Assembly (NCBI GenBank): GCA_038208905.1
Contig: JBBQYG010000052.1
Location: 1 to 24,141, forward strand
Source of the DNA: Candidatus Sumerlaeia bacterium
GTDB taxonomy: Bacteria > Sumerlaeota > Sumerlaeia > SLMS01
Length of the DNA stretch: 24,141 nucleotides
Direction of reading: 5' to 3'
Both the position numbers and the translations under genes were made by a program. This document shows positions 13,814 to 24,078 of this stretch, one piece after another. The notes under the pieces were generated by a model. The model did no database searches. It was not told where the DNA came from and saw only the letters and a program-made list of their open reading frames with translations. Positions within the stretch are counted from its first letter, which is position 1. Every line of letters begins with the position of its first letter.

Positions 13814-15366
13814 CCGCGAAGCCATCCCTCTCCAGAGAAGTCGTCGCCAACTCCGCGTGGCTCGGCGTCATGTTCGCCTTCGGCATGGCATCCGGAGCTG
13901 TCTCCACGCTACTCCTCGCCCGGATCCTCTCCACCGAGCAACTAGGTATATACGGAGGCATGGTGCGCGCCTACTCGTGGCTATGCGCCTTCGGGGTGTT
14001 CCTCCTGCCGCCCGTCCTCGTCCGCTACGTCGGCGAGCTGCGCGGCGCGGGAGCCATGCGTCAGGCTCGACTCCTCCTCGCCGCGTGCCTGCGGATTCAG
14101 TCGTTCATTGCCATCCTCGTGGTCATTCTGGGGTTCCCGGTCCTCCTCGCTTCCAACCTCGTGCTTGGAATCGACCACACGACCGCCGCTCTTCTCGTGG
14201 TGGCATTCGTTGCCTACGCATTCGGGCAGCTCTACGATGCGTGGCTGCGCGGCACCGGCGACTTCTCCCGCCTCGCCATCGCCAGCGGACTCGGCTCGGC
14301 GCTGCGCATCGTCGCGATCGGTGTCCTCTGGATCAGCGGCGCCACCGTGCCGCTCGCCCTCTTCGTCCTGCTCCTCGGCAACGCAGCCTTTCTCGGATTC
14401 GCATGGTGGTTCTCCCGCCCCGTCGCCACAGACGATCCGCGGCGTGGCAGGGTGGAGGTCCGCGGCCTCCGCAAGCGCCTCGCCGACTACGCCGCCAACA
14501 TGGGCGTCGCGGGGTTCCTCTCGCTCGTGATCTGGAACTACATCGAGGTCTTTCTCCTCGCGGGATTTCAAACCGACGCATCCCTCCTCGCGCACGAACT
14601 CGCCCTCTATACCACCGCCATCGCCATCGCCGCGCTCCCCATGCGCGTTGGAAAGACGATCAGCGGCGCCCTCCTTCCCACCTTCTCCGCCCTCTACGGA
14701 GCCAAGGACCACACGCGCATCAGGCGCGGCTATTTCCAAGCCACGATCCTCGCCACCGCCAGCGGTGGCTTCTTCTCCATCCTCCTTCTTGCCAATGTCG
14801 CGCCCGCGTTTCGGCTGCTCTTTCCAGAGAGTCTCCACGCCGCAGTCCCCCTCCTTCACCTCCTGCTGATCCCATCCATCTTTCTCGCCATCAACCACGC
14901 CGGCGGCGCGCTCCAGCTCGCGCTGGAGGGACACCGCTACGCCCTTGCCGCGATCGCCACGCTCGCCTGCGTCAACATCGCGCTCGACATTGCCCTGATC
15001 CCCGATCACGGAGCCATCGGCGCCGCCACCGTCAATGCCATCGTCCAGAGCGCCGCCGTCTGCTCCACTATCGTATATATCGCCTTTCGGCGACGCATCG
15101 GCTTTCCCTTCCGCCGCATGGCATTACTCCTCGCCACACAGGCCTTTGCCGCATCGCCGGGTCCCATAGCATCCTTTGCTGGGGCGAGCGACTCCGCCGC
15201 GCTCGCCATCGGACTCGGCACTTCCCTCCTCGCCTACATCGCGCTCCTTCGTTTCACGCCAATACTGAACGACGCGGACCGCGCCGCGATTCGTGTGGCG
15301 CTTGCAGGATCGCCCAGTGCCTTCCGCTGGATTCCGCGCCTCATTGCCGGAGCCCCGCGCCCATGA
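13810..15366 (+). CDS. wzx: Polysaccharide flippase (Wzx/MOP exporter superfamily)
   Basis: More than 12 hydrophobic segments, with LLARILSTEQLGIY, LLPTFSALYG and NIALDIALIPDHGAIGAA. ATGA overlap with the preceding gene. Confidence 0.88.
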   Translation: MTAKPSLSREVVANSAWLGVMFAFGMASGAVSTLLLARILSTEQLGIYGGMVRAYSWLCAFGVFLLPPVLVRYVGELRGAGAMRQARLLLAACLRIQSFIAILVVILGFPVLLASNLVLGIDHTTAALLVVAFVAYAFGQLYDAWLRGTGDFSRLAIASGLGSALRIVAIGVLWISGATVPLALFVLLLGNAAFLGFAWWFSRPVATDDPRRGRVEVRGLRKRLADYAANMGVAGFLSLVIWNYIEVFLLAGFQTDASLLAHELALYTTAIAIAALPMRVGKTISGALLPTFSALYGAKDHTRIRRGYFQATILATASGGFFSILLLANVAPAFRLLFPESLHAAVPLLHLLLIPSIFLAINHAGGALQLALEGHRYALAAIATLACVNIALDIALIPDHGAIGAATVNAIVQSAAVCSTIVYIAFRRRIGFPFRRMALLLATQAFAASPGPIASFAGASDSAALAIGLGTSLLAYIALLRFTPILNDADRAAIRVALAGSPSAFRWIPRLIAGAPRP

Positions 15367-17348
15367 TCACTGCACGCGATTTCACCATCGTCATCCCCAC
15401 CTATCGGCGTGAGTCTGTCCTCCTCGACACCATCGAATCCGTCCTCGCGCTCGACCCCGCGCCCCTCGAGATCGTTGTGGTCGATCAGACTCCGCGCCAC
15501 GACTCCGCCACCGCGGAACGCCTCCAGGATATCTCGCGCTCGAAACGCATTCGCCTCATCCACGAGCCCACTCCCAACCTCCCCCGCGCCCGGAATATCG
15601 GAATCCACAGCGCCACCGGCCGCATCGCCCTTTTCCTCGATGACGATGTACTCGTCCGCCCCAACTTCCTTGAGCTGCACCTCCGCCACTATGCCGACGA
15701 CAATGTCGCCGGCGTCAGTGGTCGCATCGTTTTCCCCGGAGAGAACCCCGACACACCACGTCCACTTCCGATGTCCGCGGCGCTTGCCGCCAATCGCCTC
15801 GACCTGCAAGTCATGCGCTATACTACGCCGATTCCCAACGTGCTCCACGTCGTCGGCGCCAACATGAGCTATCGCCGCTGCTGGATCGAGCGCGTCGGCG
15901 GATTCTCTCACCGCTTCACTGGCAACGCCCTCGCGGAGGACGTCGATTTCGCAGCCCGCGTCCGCCGCGCTGGCGGAGCGATCCGCTACGACCCCGACGC
16001 ATGGCTGGTTCACCGCGCCACTCCCGACGGCGGCTGTCGCGCGCCCTCGAACAAATCGTCTAGCGCCATGCGGGCCTTCTCCACCAGCCGCGCCCGCATG
16101 AGGAACTACTACTTCATGCTCGCCCACGGCGTGGGCCCTTGCGGCGCGATTCCCGCCATCAAGAACCGGCTGACACCCTCTCGCGTCGACATCGACGCCG
16201 TCGCCAGCGCGACTCCATCCGCTTTTCGCACGCCATCCCAGAGAATCTTCTCCGCCGCTGGCCGCGTCACAGGCGCCTGTCAGGGCCTTGCATCGGGCCT
16301 ACTCGCACCCGGTGGGGGAGACCTCCGTCGAGCCCCGCGGCGCGCTGGCCCCCGCGCTGCGATGTGCACCATCTCAATCGTCATCGCCACCTACGAGCGT
16401 GCTGGCGCACTCCACACGGCGCTCCTTTCACTCGCCGCCCAGGACGAACCCATCGAGGAGGTTATCGTCGTTGATCAATCCCGTAATCCAACCGATCCAT
16501 CACTCCCTGCGCTCGGGGCCATCCAGCGTATTGTCTATACAGTTCTGTCCCGTCCCAGCGCATCCGCCGCGCGCAACGCTGGCGTCGCCCTCGCGCGGGG
16601 CGAAGTCATCCTCTTCGTGGACGACGACGTGACCGTCCTGCCCGACCTTGTGCGCCGCCATCGGTCCCGCTACGCCGATCCCCGCGTCTCCGCCGTGGGA
16701 GGGCGAATCGCGTGGTCCGGCTGCGATCCGCGCCATGCGTCGCCCTTTCCCGGCCCTCGCGCCGCGATGCGGAACCATCCCGAGGCGCCCGTCTGCTACC
16801 ACGCAACCCCGGCAGTGGGGCCGCTGCACTTAATCACCTGCAACTTCTCCGTGAGGCGTGACTGGTTCGTTGCCGTTGACGGCTTCAATGAACGCCTTTC
16901 CGGCTATGGTGAAGATCTCGAACTCGTGGCGCGCCTCCGCCGCGCCGGCGCGTTGCTCCTCTACGATCCCCGCGCCGCCCTCGTCCATCACTCCGCCCCC
17001 GTCGGCGGAATCCGTCTCTCTACGGTCAACCCACTTCGCTTCGGATTCCGCCGCGGCTGGGCTCACCACTACTCCTATCTGCGCAGTGTTGGCCTTCTCG
17101 GCCACGCCGCCGCCACGGTAAGGCGGCTCACCGCAGCAATTGGCCGTTACACATCCGCCAGCGCCCCATCCGATGGCCCCGTCGCCCAAGTAACCCGCAA
17201 TCGCGGCCGCTCCGCCGCTCTCTCCTATAAGGCGCTCGCCCTGGCGGGGTCGGCCTTCGCGTATCCCCTCGCCCTTGCCACGTATATACGCGACACTCGC
17301 TACGGCGGAGACTATCGCCGCCATGCGGAGGACCACCGCGATGGCTGA
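15363..17348 (+). CDS. Tandem GT2-GT2 glycosyltransferase fusion (661 aa)
   Basis: Two complete GT-A domains: TIVIPTYRR...FLDDD...GANMS...AEDVDF and SIVIATYER...FVDDD...TCNFS...GEDLEL. The ATG at 15363 overlaps the wzx stop; the second domain begins near 16362. Confidence 0.9.
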   Translation: MITARDFTIVIPTYRRESVLLDTIESVLALDPAPLEIVVVDQTPRHDSATAERLQDISRSKRIRLIHEPTPNLPRARNIGIHSATGRIALFLDDDVLVRPNFLELHLRHYADDNVAGVSGRIVFPGENPDTPRPLPMSAALAANRLDLQVMRYTTPIPNVLHVVGANMSYRRCWIERVGGFSHRFTGNALAEDVDFAARVRRAGGAIRYDPDAWLVHRATPDGGCRAPSNKSSSAMRAFSTSRARMRNYYFMLAHGVGPCGAIPAIKNRLTPSRVDIDAVASATPSAFRTPSQRIFSAAGRVTGACQGLASGLLAPGGGDLRRAPRRAGPRAAMCTISIVIATYERAGALHTALLSLAAQDEPIEEVIVVDQSRNPTDPSLPALGAIQRIVYTVLSRPSASAARNAGVALARGEVILFVDDDVTVLPDLVRRHRSRYADPRVSAVGGRIAWSGCDPRHASPFPGPRAAMRNHPEAPVCYHATPAVGPLHLITCNFSVRRDWFVAVDGFNERLSGYGEDLELVARLRRAGALLLYDPRAALVHHSAPVGGIRLSTVNPLRFGFRRGWAHHYSYLRSVGLLGHAAATVRRLTAAIGRYTSASAPSDGPVAQVTRNRGRSAALSYKALALAGSAFAYPLALATYIRDTRYGGDYRRHAEDHRDG

Positions 17349-18477
17349 CAATCCAATCCGCATCCTTCACGTGGTCGGCTCGCTGAGCGGAGGCGGAATC
17401 CAGGCCTACCTGCTCGGCCTCCTCGCTCACCTGCCGCACACGGAGTTCCAATCCGAAGTCCTCGAGATGAACGCACCCGAGGGCCCACTCGCCCCCGATG
17501 CCCGTCGCCTCGGCGCCGCCACCCACTGCATCGCCACAGGCCGCGGTGCGCGTTCATTCTCTCAGGAGTTCTGGGCGCTTCTCACTCGCGGCAGTTACGA
17601 TGTCGTCCACGTCCACCGTTCCGGGGGCGGCATGGCGCTCCCGCTCGCCATCGCCGCCCGCTGCGGCGTACCGGTTCGCATCGCTCACTTCCAGAATGTG
17701 CGGCGGCCACCCGGTGGGGGATTTTTGAGGCGCATAGCCGAACCGATGCTCCGGCGCGTTGCGCGCTCCTCATCCACGTCGATCATCGGCGTGTCCCGGG
17801 CGGTTCTTGCCTCGCATCTGGGAGCGGGCTACAGGACCGACCCGCGCTGCCATCTGATTCCGAATGCCATCGATGTGGAGGCCCTCGCCGCCGTCAGCGC
17901 CGAAGGAATCCGCGAGGAAATTGGCATCGCCCCGACCGATTTCGTCGTCGGCAACGTCGCGCGCTTTTCCGCTGCCAAGAATCACGAGGCATTGATCGCC
18001 GTGGCCTCCGATCTGCTGCGCGGCGGCATTCCCCTGCGACTTCTCCTTGTCGGCGATGGCGAGCGCCTAGCATCCATACGCGCGATGGCCGAGCGCGAAG
18101 GCATCGCCGACCGGGTGATCTTCGCGGGCTGGAGGACCGACATTCCCCGCCTTATGAAAGCCATGGATGTCTTCCTGTTTCCCTCCCGATGGGAGGGACT
18201 TCCGCTCGCGCTCCTCGAGGCACAGGCGTGTGGAGTTCCCTGCGTTGCCTCCTGCATCGAGAGCAACAGCGAGGCACTCGCGCCCGAATACGCAGACTGG
18301 ACGTTTCAGCCATCCGACACGACGCGCGCCGCAAGCCTCGTCCAACGGTTGCACTCCAATCCGCAGGATCGATCCCGGCTGGCGCAGGCAGGATCCCGCC
18401 ACGTCCTCCAGTTCGATATTCGCTCCATCACAAACCGCATCGCGGCAATGTATAGACAGCGGGTCGCCCAGCCTTGA
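17341..18477 (+). CDS. Glycosyltransferase family 4
   Basis: IRILHVVGSLSGGGIQ, IPNAID, VGNVARFSAAKNH and DVFLFPSRWEGLPLALLEAQACG. 8-bp overlap with the previous stop. Confidence 0.93.
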   Translation: MADNPIRILHVVGSLSGGGIQAYLLGLLAHLPHTEFQSEVLEMNAPEGPLAPDARRLGAATHCIATGRGARSFSQEFWALLTRGSYDVVHVHRSGGGMALPLAIAARCGVPVRIAHFQNVRRPPGGGFLRRIAEPMLRRVARSSSTSIIGVSRAVLASHLGAGYRTDPRCHLIPNAIDVEALAAVSAEGIREEIGIAPTDFVVGNVARFSAAKNHEALIAVASDLLRGGIPLRLLLVGDGERLASIRAMAEREGIADRVIFAGWRTDIPRLMKAMDVFLFPSRWEGLPLALLEAQACGVPCVASCIESNSEALAPEYADWTFQPSDTTRAASLVQRLHSNPQDRSRLAQAGSRHVLQFDIRSITNRIAAMYRQRVAQP

Positions 18478-19838
18478 GCGCAACCATCCCGCCACCGCCA
18501 TCCACTCGTCGCGGCACCGGCATTTCTCGGCGTCTGGCGCGGGCCCCCCGCATGGCTAGGAAGCGGCTCCCTCTCGAGTGGCGCATCGGCCTCCTCCTGA
18601 TGCTCGCCGCCAGCTTCTTCATGAGCGGATTCTTCGACAGCCTCGTGATTCAGGTCATGGGGGAACGCCAGGTCAGCCGGGAGATCCGCATCGCAGTTGC
18701 CGTCGGGCTCGCGGGCCTTCTGGGAATGATGGCACTGGTTTCCTTCTTTGCAACCGTTCCTCGCGACTACGCTGCGCGCGAACGCCCCGCCTTCGAGTGG
18801 CCGCTCAAGATTTTCCTCCTCCTCACGCCGTTCTGGGCCGTCGCGGGATTCATCAACCAGTGGCCCGTCACCTATGTCATGGGCGACGTCTTCCTGCTCT
18901 CGCTCCTCCCGCTCACTTATTTCACGCTTACGCGCCGCCCACTTACGCGTCCGCGATACGTCTTCGCGTGGATATACGGCCTCATGCTACTTCTCGCAAT
19001 CGTGAGCTCCTGCATTGTCTTCTGGCACAACCTCGTTGGCATGCAGAAGGACAAGATGAGCGTGGACGCCGCGCTGGTGCCGATCTTCTACACAATGCTC
19101 AAGGCAAGCCCCACGCTCTTCGAACTCGCTCTTCTTCCCATCTTCGTTCTCGCCGCGATCATCACAACGAAGCGCAGTACGTGGGCTGGCATCATCGTCT
19201 TTGTGGCCATGGCGCTGATGCTTCGGCCGGGGATGAAGCGCAGCCTCCGCCTTCTACTCGTCGTCGGTGCCATGGGCGGCATCGTCATCGTCGTTCAGGA
19301 CCAGAAGCCCGAGTGGATCGAGCACGCCAGCGGACTCCTTTCCTACCGCTGGGAGGAGACGCAGGAGGATTTCTCCTCCGAATCCGGCGACCTCGGCAGC
19401 GCCGCCGGGGGCCGCATGGGCGAGGTCTTTGGCGTGATCGATACCATTCAGGAGCGCCGCAATCCCATCGACTGGGTCACGGGCCTTGGCCTTGGCGCCA
19501 TCGTCCAGGCCCGCGGCGGACGAGAGCGCCACCACATTCACTCCACGCCCGCCACCTTCCTCGCGCGCACGGGGCTGGTGGGCCTCGTCCTCTGGCTCTC
19601 CTTCGCCTTCCTCGTCCTCATGTATATCATTAAATACGCGCGGCGCCAGCATCCAGAGTGGTATCGCGTCCAGCTCTACCTCTGGCTCGGCCTTTGGGTC
19701 TCCATGCTCATTTTCAGCCTCAAGTCCCAGGCCTTCTGGGGCAGCGCCGTCGGTGGCATTCAGCTCGCCTTCATCTACCACGTATGCCGCATGAGCGAAA
19801 ACCTCCCCCGCGTCGCCATCGACGAGCCCGCCGCATGA
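18474..19838 (+). CDS. O-antigen ligase / Wzy polymerase-like polytopic membrane protein
   Basis: About 10-11 hydrophobic segments, a TKRSTW motif, and a large periplasmic loop ending in GLGLG...HHIHSTPATFLARTGLVG (Wzy_C/WaaL-like H..Y/F....GxxG). The TTG start overlaps the upstream TGA; an alternative ATG is at 18552. Confidence 0.75.
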   Translation: MSATIPPPPSTRRGTGISRRLARAPRMARKRLPLEWRIGLLLMLAASFFMSGFFDSLVIQVMGERQVSREIRIAVAVGLAGLLGMMALVSFFATVPRDYAARERPAFEWPLKIFLLLTPFWAVAGFINQWPVTYVMGDVFLLSLLPLTYFTLTRRPLTRPRYVFAWIYGLMLLLAIVSSCIVFWHNLVGMQKDKMSVDAALVPIFYTMLKASPTLFELALLPIFVLAAIITTKRSTWAGIIVFVAMALMLRPGMKRSLRLLLVVGAMGGIVIVVQDQKPEWIEHASGLLSYRWEETQEDFSSESGDLGSAAGGRMGEVFGVIDTIQERRNPIDWVTGLGLGAIVQARGGRERHHIHSTPATFLARTGLVGLVLWLSFAFLVLMYIIKYARRQHPEWYRVQLYLWLGLWVSMLIFSLKSQAFWGSAVGGIQLAFIYHVCRMSENLPRVAIDEPAA

Positions 19839-20989
19839 AGACCCTCCACGTCATCCACAGCATGGATCCGCGCTCCGGCGGCCCCGTGGCCGCGCTCCTC
19901 GGGCTCACCGCCGAGCAGGTGCGCCGTGGTGATCAGGTCACGATCGTTTGCACCGATGTCGGCAATCCAGCGGACCCACCCGATGGCATCGCCATGCGCG
20001 TCTGCCGAGGATACGGAGCGCTCGGTGTGCTGCGGCGCTTCCGCTACTCCCCCGATGGATCGCGCGCCATCGGGCATTTGCTCGCCCTGAAAGCCACGCG
20101 CCCCGATGCCGTGCATATACATGGACTCTATGCCCATCTGACGCTTTCGGCGGCAGCCGCTGCGAATCGTTGTGGGGTTTCCCACGCCATCCGCCCCGCT
20201 GGCGGGCTCGGCGACTTCGCGCGGAGGCAGGGCGCGAGCAATGCGAAGCGACTCGTGTTCAACCTGATTCTCAAGCGCCAGATGCAACGGGCGACCTTCG
20301 TTCATACCACCTCGCCGAAGGAGCAGGATTCACTCCGCCGTCTCCTCCCCGGTGCCCGCGTGGAATGCGTTCCCCACGGAGTGACGATTCCTACCGAAAT
20401 GGAACTGGAAGCGGGAAAGAGCGCCTTCACCCAGGCCCATCCCCATCTCGCCAATCGTCCCTTCGTGCTCTTCATGGGTCGCCTCCACCGCAAGAAGGGG
20501 ATCGACCTCCTCTTCGCGGCCTTCTCGGAATTCTCAGCTAACAATGAGACAGTGCTGGTGATCGCGGGCCCCGACGACGGATACTTCATGAAGACATGCT
20601 CGCTCGCCGCATCGCTGGGCATCTCCGGCCGCGTTGTCTATACAGGATTCTTGGAGGGCACGATGAAGACAGGGGCGCTCGCCCTTGCCCGCATCTTCGT
20701 GCTTCCTTCGATGGAGGAAAACTTTGGCATGTCCGTCGTCGAGGCCATGGCCCACGGCACCCCCGTGCTCACCTGCCCCGAGGTGGATAGCCACCGCTAC
20801 GTCGCCGAGTCGCAGGGCGGCCTCGTCGTACCCAGGTCGCCCCGCGCCTTCGCCGACGGGCTCCGCAGCCTTTGGGATTCGGATACGCGGTCAACGGGCC
20901 AGCGCGGGCGAGAGTATGCTATCCAGCATCTTTCGTGGGCCATCGCTGCCAACTCGCTCGAGCGGCTATTTGCGGAGGGACATCAATGA
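19835..20989 (+). CDS. Glycosyltransferase family 4
   Basis: MKTLHVIHSMDPRSGGP, VHIHGL, LFMGRLHRKKGIDLL and FVLPSMEENFGMSVVEAMAHG. ATGA overlap at 19835-19838. Confidence 0.93.
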   Translation: MKTLHVIHSMDPRSGGPVAALLGLTAEQVRRGDQVTIVCTDVGNPADPPDGIAMRVCRGYGALGVLRRFRYSPDGSRAIGHLLALKATRPDAVHIHGLYAHLTLSAAAAANRCGVSHAIRPAGGLGDFARRQGASNAKRLVFNLILKRQMQRATFVHTTSPKEQDSLRRLLPGARVECVPHGVTIPTEMELEAGKSAFTQAHPHLANRPFVLFMGRLHRKKGIDLLFAAFSEFSANNETVLVIAGPDDGYFMKTCSLAASLGISGRVVYTGFLEGTMKTGALALARIFVLPSMEENFGMSVVEAMAHGTPVLTCPEVDSHRYVAESQGGLVVPRSPRAFADGLRSLWDSDTRSTGQRGREYAIQHLSWAIAANSLERLFAEGHQ

Positions 20990-23358
20990 TCGACCTGCGC
21001 GGGTCGTCGGACGCCGCCCGCCTCACCCAGTGCGCGGCAATCCTGCTGGGCGCGATATTGCTGCTGGTCGGATGGGGAGTCGGGCACTCCGGCGCCGGGG
21101 TCCTCGGCTGGCGTAATGGTGACATGGCCGCGTCCTACTTCTATTGGCGCGAGTTCGGCTTCGGCGAGCTCGCCCGCGGACGCTTCCCAGGCTGGAATCC
21201 CTACACGTTCTGCGGCAATCCTTTCGCCGCAAACTACGAGACAGCCCTCTTCTATCCGCTCAACTGGCACTTCATGCTGATGCCGACAGCATGGGCCATC
21301 AACATCTCCGTCGTCGGGCATGTCTGGCTCGGCGGCATCCTCACGCTCCTGCTTGCGCGCCGGATCGGCCTCGGCTGGTCCGCCGCGTTGATGGCGGCCT
21401 TTGTCTATACACTCGGCGGACCCCTGCTTGGCCGCGTCTATGTCGGCCACCTCACCATCGTCTGCGCCCTCGCTTGGTGGCCCGGGGTCCTTCTCGCCAT
21501 CGAGAACCTTCTCCGCAACCCCACCCCCCGGGCCGCCGGCCTCGCCGCCGGGTGCTACGCCATGCTGATCGTGGCGGGTCACCCGCAGATTTTGTATTAT
21601 GGGTCGGTACTTGCAGTTGTCTATGCGGCAATCAGGCTTGCGACCATCGGCGCCAATCCGTTGAGACCAATCCTGTTCCTCGCTGCCGCATGCGCCACCG
21701 GCATCGCCCTCGGATCGACGCCCCTGCTACTGACCTACTATGCCACGCTCGAGGGCTCGCGCCAGGCACTCACTCCGGAGTCCGCCTCCACGTTTTCGTT
21801 TCCGCCAATTGGCTTCATCGGGACATTGATCCCGTGGTTTTTCGGAGACGGAATTCGCTCTCCCTATTGGGGGCCATGGTACATGTGGGAGATTTCCGTC
21901 TATACGGGGATCGTGCCACTCGTCCTTGCCGCAATCGCGGGTTGTGCGAGCCTGCGGAATCCACGAGCCCCCGCATTCTCGCTCGCAATGATTCTGGCAA
22001 TTGCGTTGGTTGTCGCCGTTGGCTCGGCGACTCCCTTGTTCTGGGTCCTTTTCAACTGGTTGCCGGGATTTGGTTCCTTCCGCGGCGTGGGAAAGGTTCT
22101 GGGACTCGCGCTGCTTCCCGTGGCCATTCTCGCCGCCATCGGCTTCGATCAGATTTGCTTTCCGCCGTGGAGGAATCACCGGTGGATCCTGCCTTCCATC
22201 GGCATCGTTCTGCTGGCGGCGGTCCTCGCCATGGGATGGATGGCGAGTGGGACCGATGGGCAGAAGTACGGATTCGAACAGTTGACGGGGCACTTCGATA
22301 TTGGATCGATGCTGGAGATGAATCGATTTCAGCTCAGCCAGTTTGCCGCGCCCATCGTCGGCGCCATCACCCGCCAATCGCTGATCGCCGCGGTTGCCGT
22401 GATTCTCGCGTTTGCCGCGCTGGTGCTGCTTGCCCGGGGGAACCGCCGCGCACCCGTCTTCGTGCTCGCCCTTGTGCTGGCGGATCTGCTCGTCGCGCAT
22501 CGCGTTCTCTTCGTCACGTTTCCTTCCAGCTCCCGGGGTCTTCCCGCCGAGCTTTCGGGTCAGGCGAATTCGGACCGCATCCTGATCGCGGATCCATCGC
22601 TCAGCCCCAACGTCGCGCTGAGCGGAAGGATCCGCACCGCCTCCGGATACGAGCCGCTTTACCCGCGCCGCTTCGGGGAGTTCATCAATGCCGTGAATCT
22701 CAAGTCCCGCCAGAATTACGATCCACTTCCCGAGCCAAGGCGCGTGGGCGATCTTTTCCGGGCATCGGGCACCGTTGCCTACTGGGACGGTAAGGCGGTC
22801 GCGCCGATTCCGAACTCCCTGTCGCGCGTTCTCTTCTTCAGCACGGCGCTGGTCGTCGCGAATTCAGGGGAATCATGGGACATGATCGCCGATCGGCTCT
22901 TTGACCCGACGACCACTCTCGTGATCGAAGCTCCCGGCCTCGTATTGACGAAGGGTCTGGGAGAAGTAGCCACCCCGCGCCTGGTGGAGGACGCACCATC
23001 GCGCGTCACCGTGGAACTCGACTCCACCGCTGGCGGCTTCCTCTACCTCGCCGACACGTGGAACTCCGGCTGGTCCGCCACCGTCAACGGAGAGCCCGCG
23101 CCCGTCTATCCCGCCAACCACGCCTTCCGCGCTGTCCCCGTTCCGCCGGGACCAGTGCGCGTGGGCTTTGTCTATACGCCGCCGGGGCTGCGCCTTGGCC
23201 TGGGAATTACGCTGGCTGGGTTTGTGGCGCTGGGGGCATTGGTGTGGTGGCCTCGCCGTCGAGGCGTTGGCGAATTGGCCGAATCCCGCCCAGATATGCA
23301 ATCGCCCACAGGAACGCCAGAAGGAACCACTCCCACATCCACGCATACGCCCCCGTGA
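20986..23358 (+). CDS. YfhO-family large membrane protein (putative GT-C glycosyltransferase)
   Basis: GRFPGWNPYTFCGNPFAAN...FYPLN, AGHPQ, many TM helices, and a C-terminal LYLADTWNSGWSATVNGEPAPVYPANHAFRAVPVPPG..V.FVYTP followed by a last TM helix. ATGA overlap at 20986-20989. Confidence 0.85.
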   Translation: MIDLRGSSDAARLTQCAAILLGAILLLVGWGVGHSGAGVLGWRNGDMAASYFYWREFGFGELARGRFPGWNPYTFCGNPFAANYETALFYPLNWHFMLMPTAWAINISVVGHVWLGGILTLLLARRIGLGWSAALMAAFVYTLGGPLLGRVYVGHLTIVCALAWWPGVLLAIENLLRNPTPRAAGLAAGCYAMLIVAGHPQILYYGSVLAVVYAAIRLATIGANPLRPILFLAAACATGIALGSTPLLLTYYATLEGSRQALTPESASTFSFPPIGFIGTLIPWFFGDGIRSPYWGPWYMWEISVYTGIVPLVLAAIAGCASLRNPRAPAFSLAMILAIALVVAVGSATPLFWVLFNWLPGFGSFRGVGKVLGLALLPVAILAAIGFDQICFPPWRNHRWILPSIGIVLLAAVLAMGWMASGTDGQKYGFEQLTGHFDIGSMLEMNRFQLSQFAAPIVGAITRQSLIAAVAVILAFAALVLLARGNRRAPVFVLALVLADLLVAHRVLFVTFPSSSRGLPAELSGQANSDRILIADPSLSPNVALSGRIRTASGYEPLYPRRFGEFINAVNLKSRQNYDPLPEPRRVGDLFRASGTVAYWDGKAVAPIPNSLSRVLFFSTALVVANSGESWDMIADRLFDPTTTLVIEAPGLVLTKGLGEVATPRLVEDAPSRVTVELDSTAGGFLYLADTWNSGWSATVNGEPAPVYPANHAFRAVPVPPGPVRVGFVYTPPGLRLGLGITLAGFVALGALVWWPRRRGVGELAESRPDMQSPTGTPEGTTPTSTHTPP

Positions 23359-23939
23359 GTGGGACCTCCATGAATACCGCGCGAAACTGCATCGCCGTAG
23401 TCCCGCCCACGGCAGCACACACGATCGCCAGTGGCAGGCGTTTGGTTCTCGGCGCAACGCTCGCCGCCATCGATGCCAATACGATTCCCGCAACGGCCAC
23501 CGCAGTCTGCAATGCGCCGGAATCAGGCAGCCCCGTCGCATAGGCCGCCGCCACCGCCCCGCCCGCCGCCGCCGCAAGGATCACCCGCCCCGCCGCGCGA
23601 TATGGCCAGATGAACGCGGCGATAAATGCAACGATGACCCCCGATGCGGCGAATGCCAGGCGCATCGCCAACTCGGTGACGGGGAATTCGTTGTGCTCCA
23701 CGATTCTGGAAGCGCTCGCGATCAGCGCCGTGGCGGAGACCTCCGTCGCTACTTGCGGATTGAAGATCACCACTCCCACCGCGATTAGAATGGGAAGCAG
23801 AGTTAGCACGGCCAGGGCATTGATCCCCACATACAGGCCCAGCGCATACGCCTGGCCGGGATCGCGGAGCGATTCGCCTTTCGGGTGTCTATACAGCAGG
23901 AAAACCGCCACCGGCGCGGCGATCATTGCCAGCTCCATC

Positions 23940-23940
<1 letters not shown>
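23207..23940 (-). CDS. 3' part of a polytopic membrane protein of unknown family; the 5' part is corrupted by the poly-C tract
   Basis: Seven or eight consecutive hydrophobic segments from MELAMIAAPVAVFLL to WEWFLLAFLWAIAYLGG. The true start is probably further upstream. Confidence 0.6.

Positions 23941-24078
<138 letters not shown>

Noticed and set aside
13470-15362. 1292-aa giant ORF (13470-17348)
   Set aside because: The first ~630 codons are an Arg/Pro-rich off-frame shadow of the GT4 and wzx genes. The real protein starts at ATG 15363, which overlaps the wzx stop.
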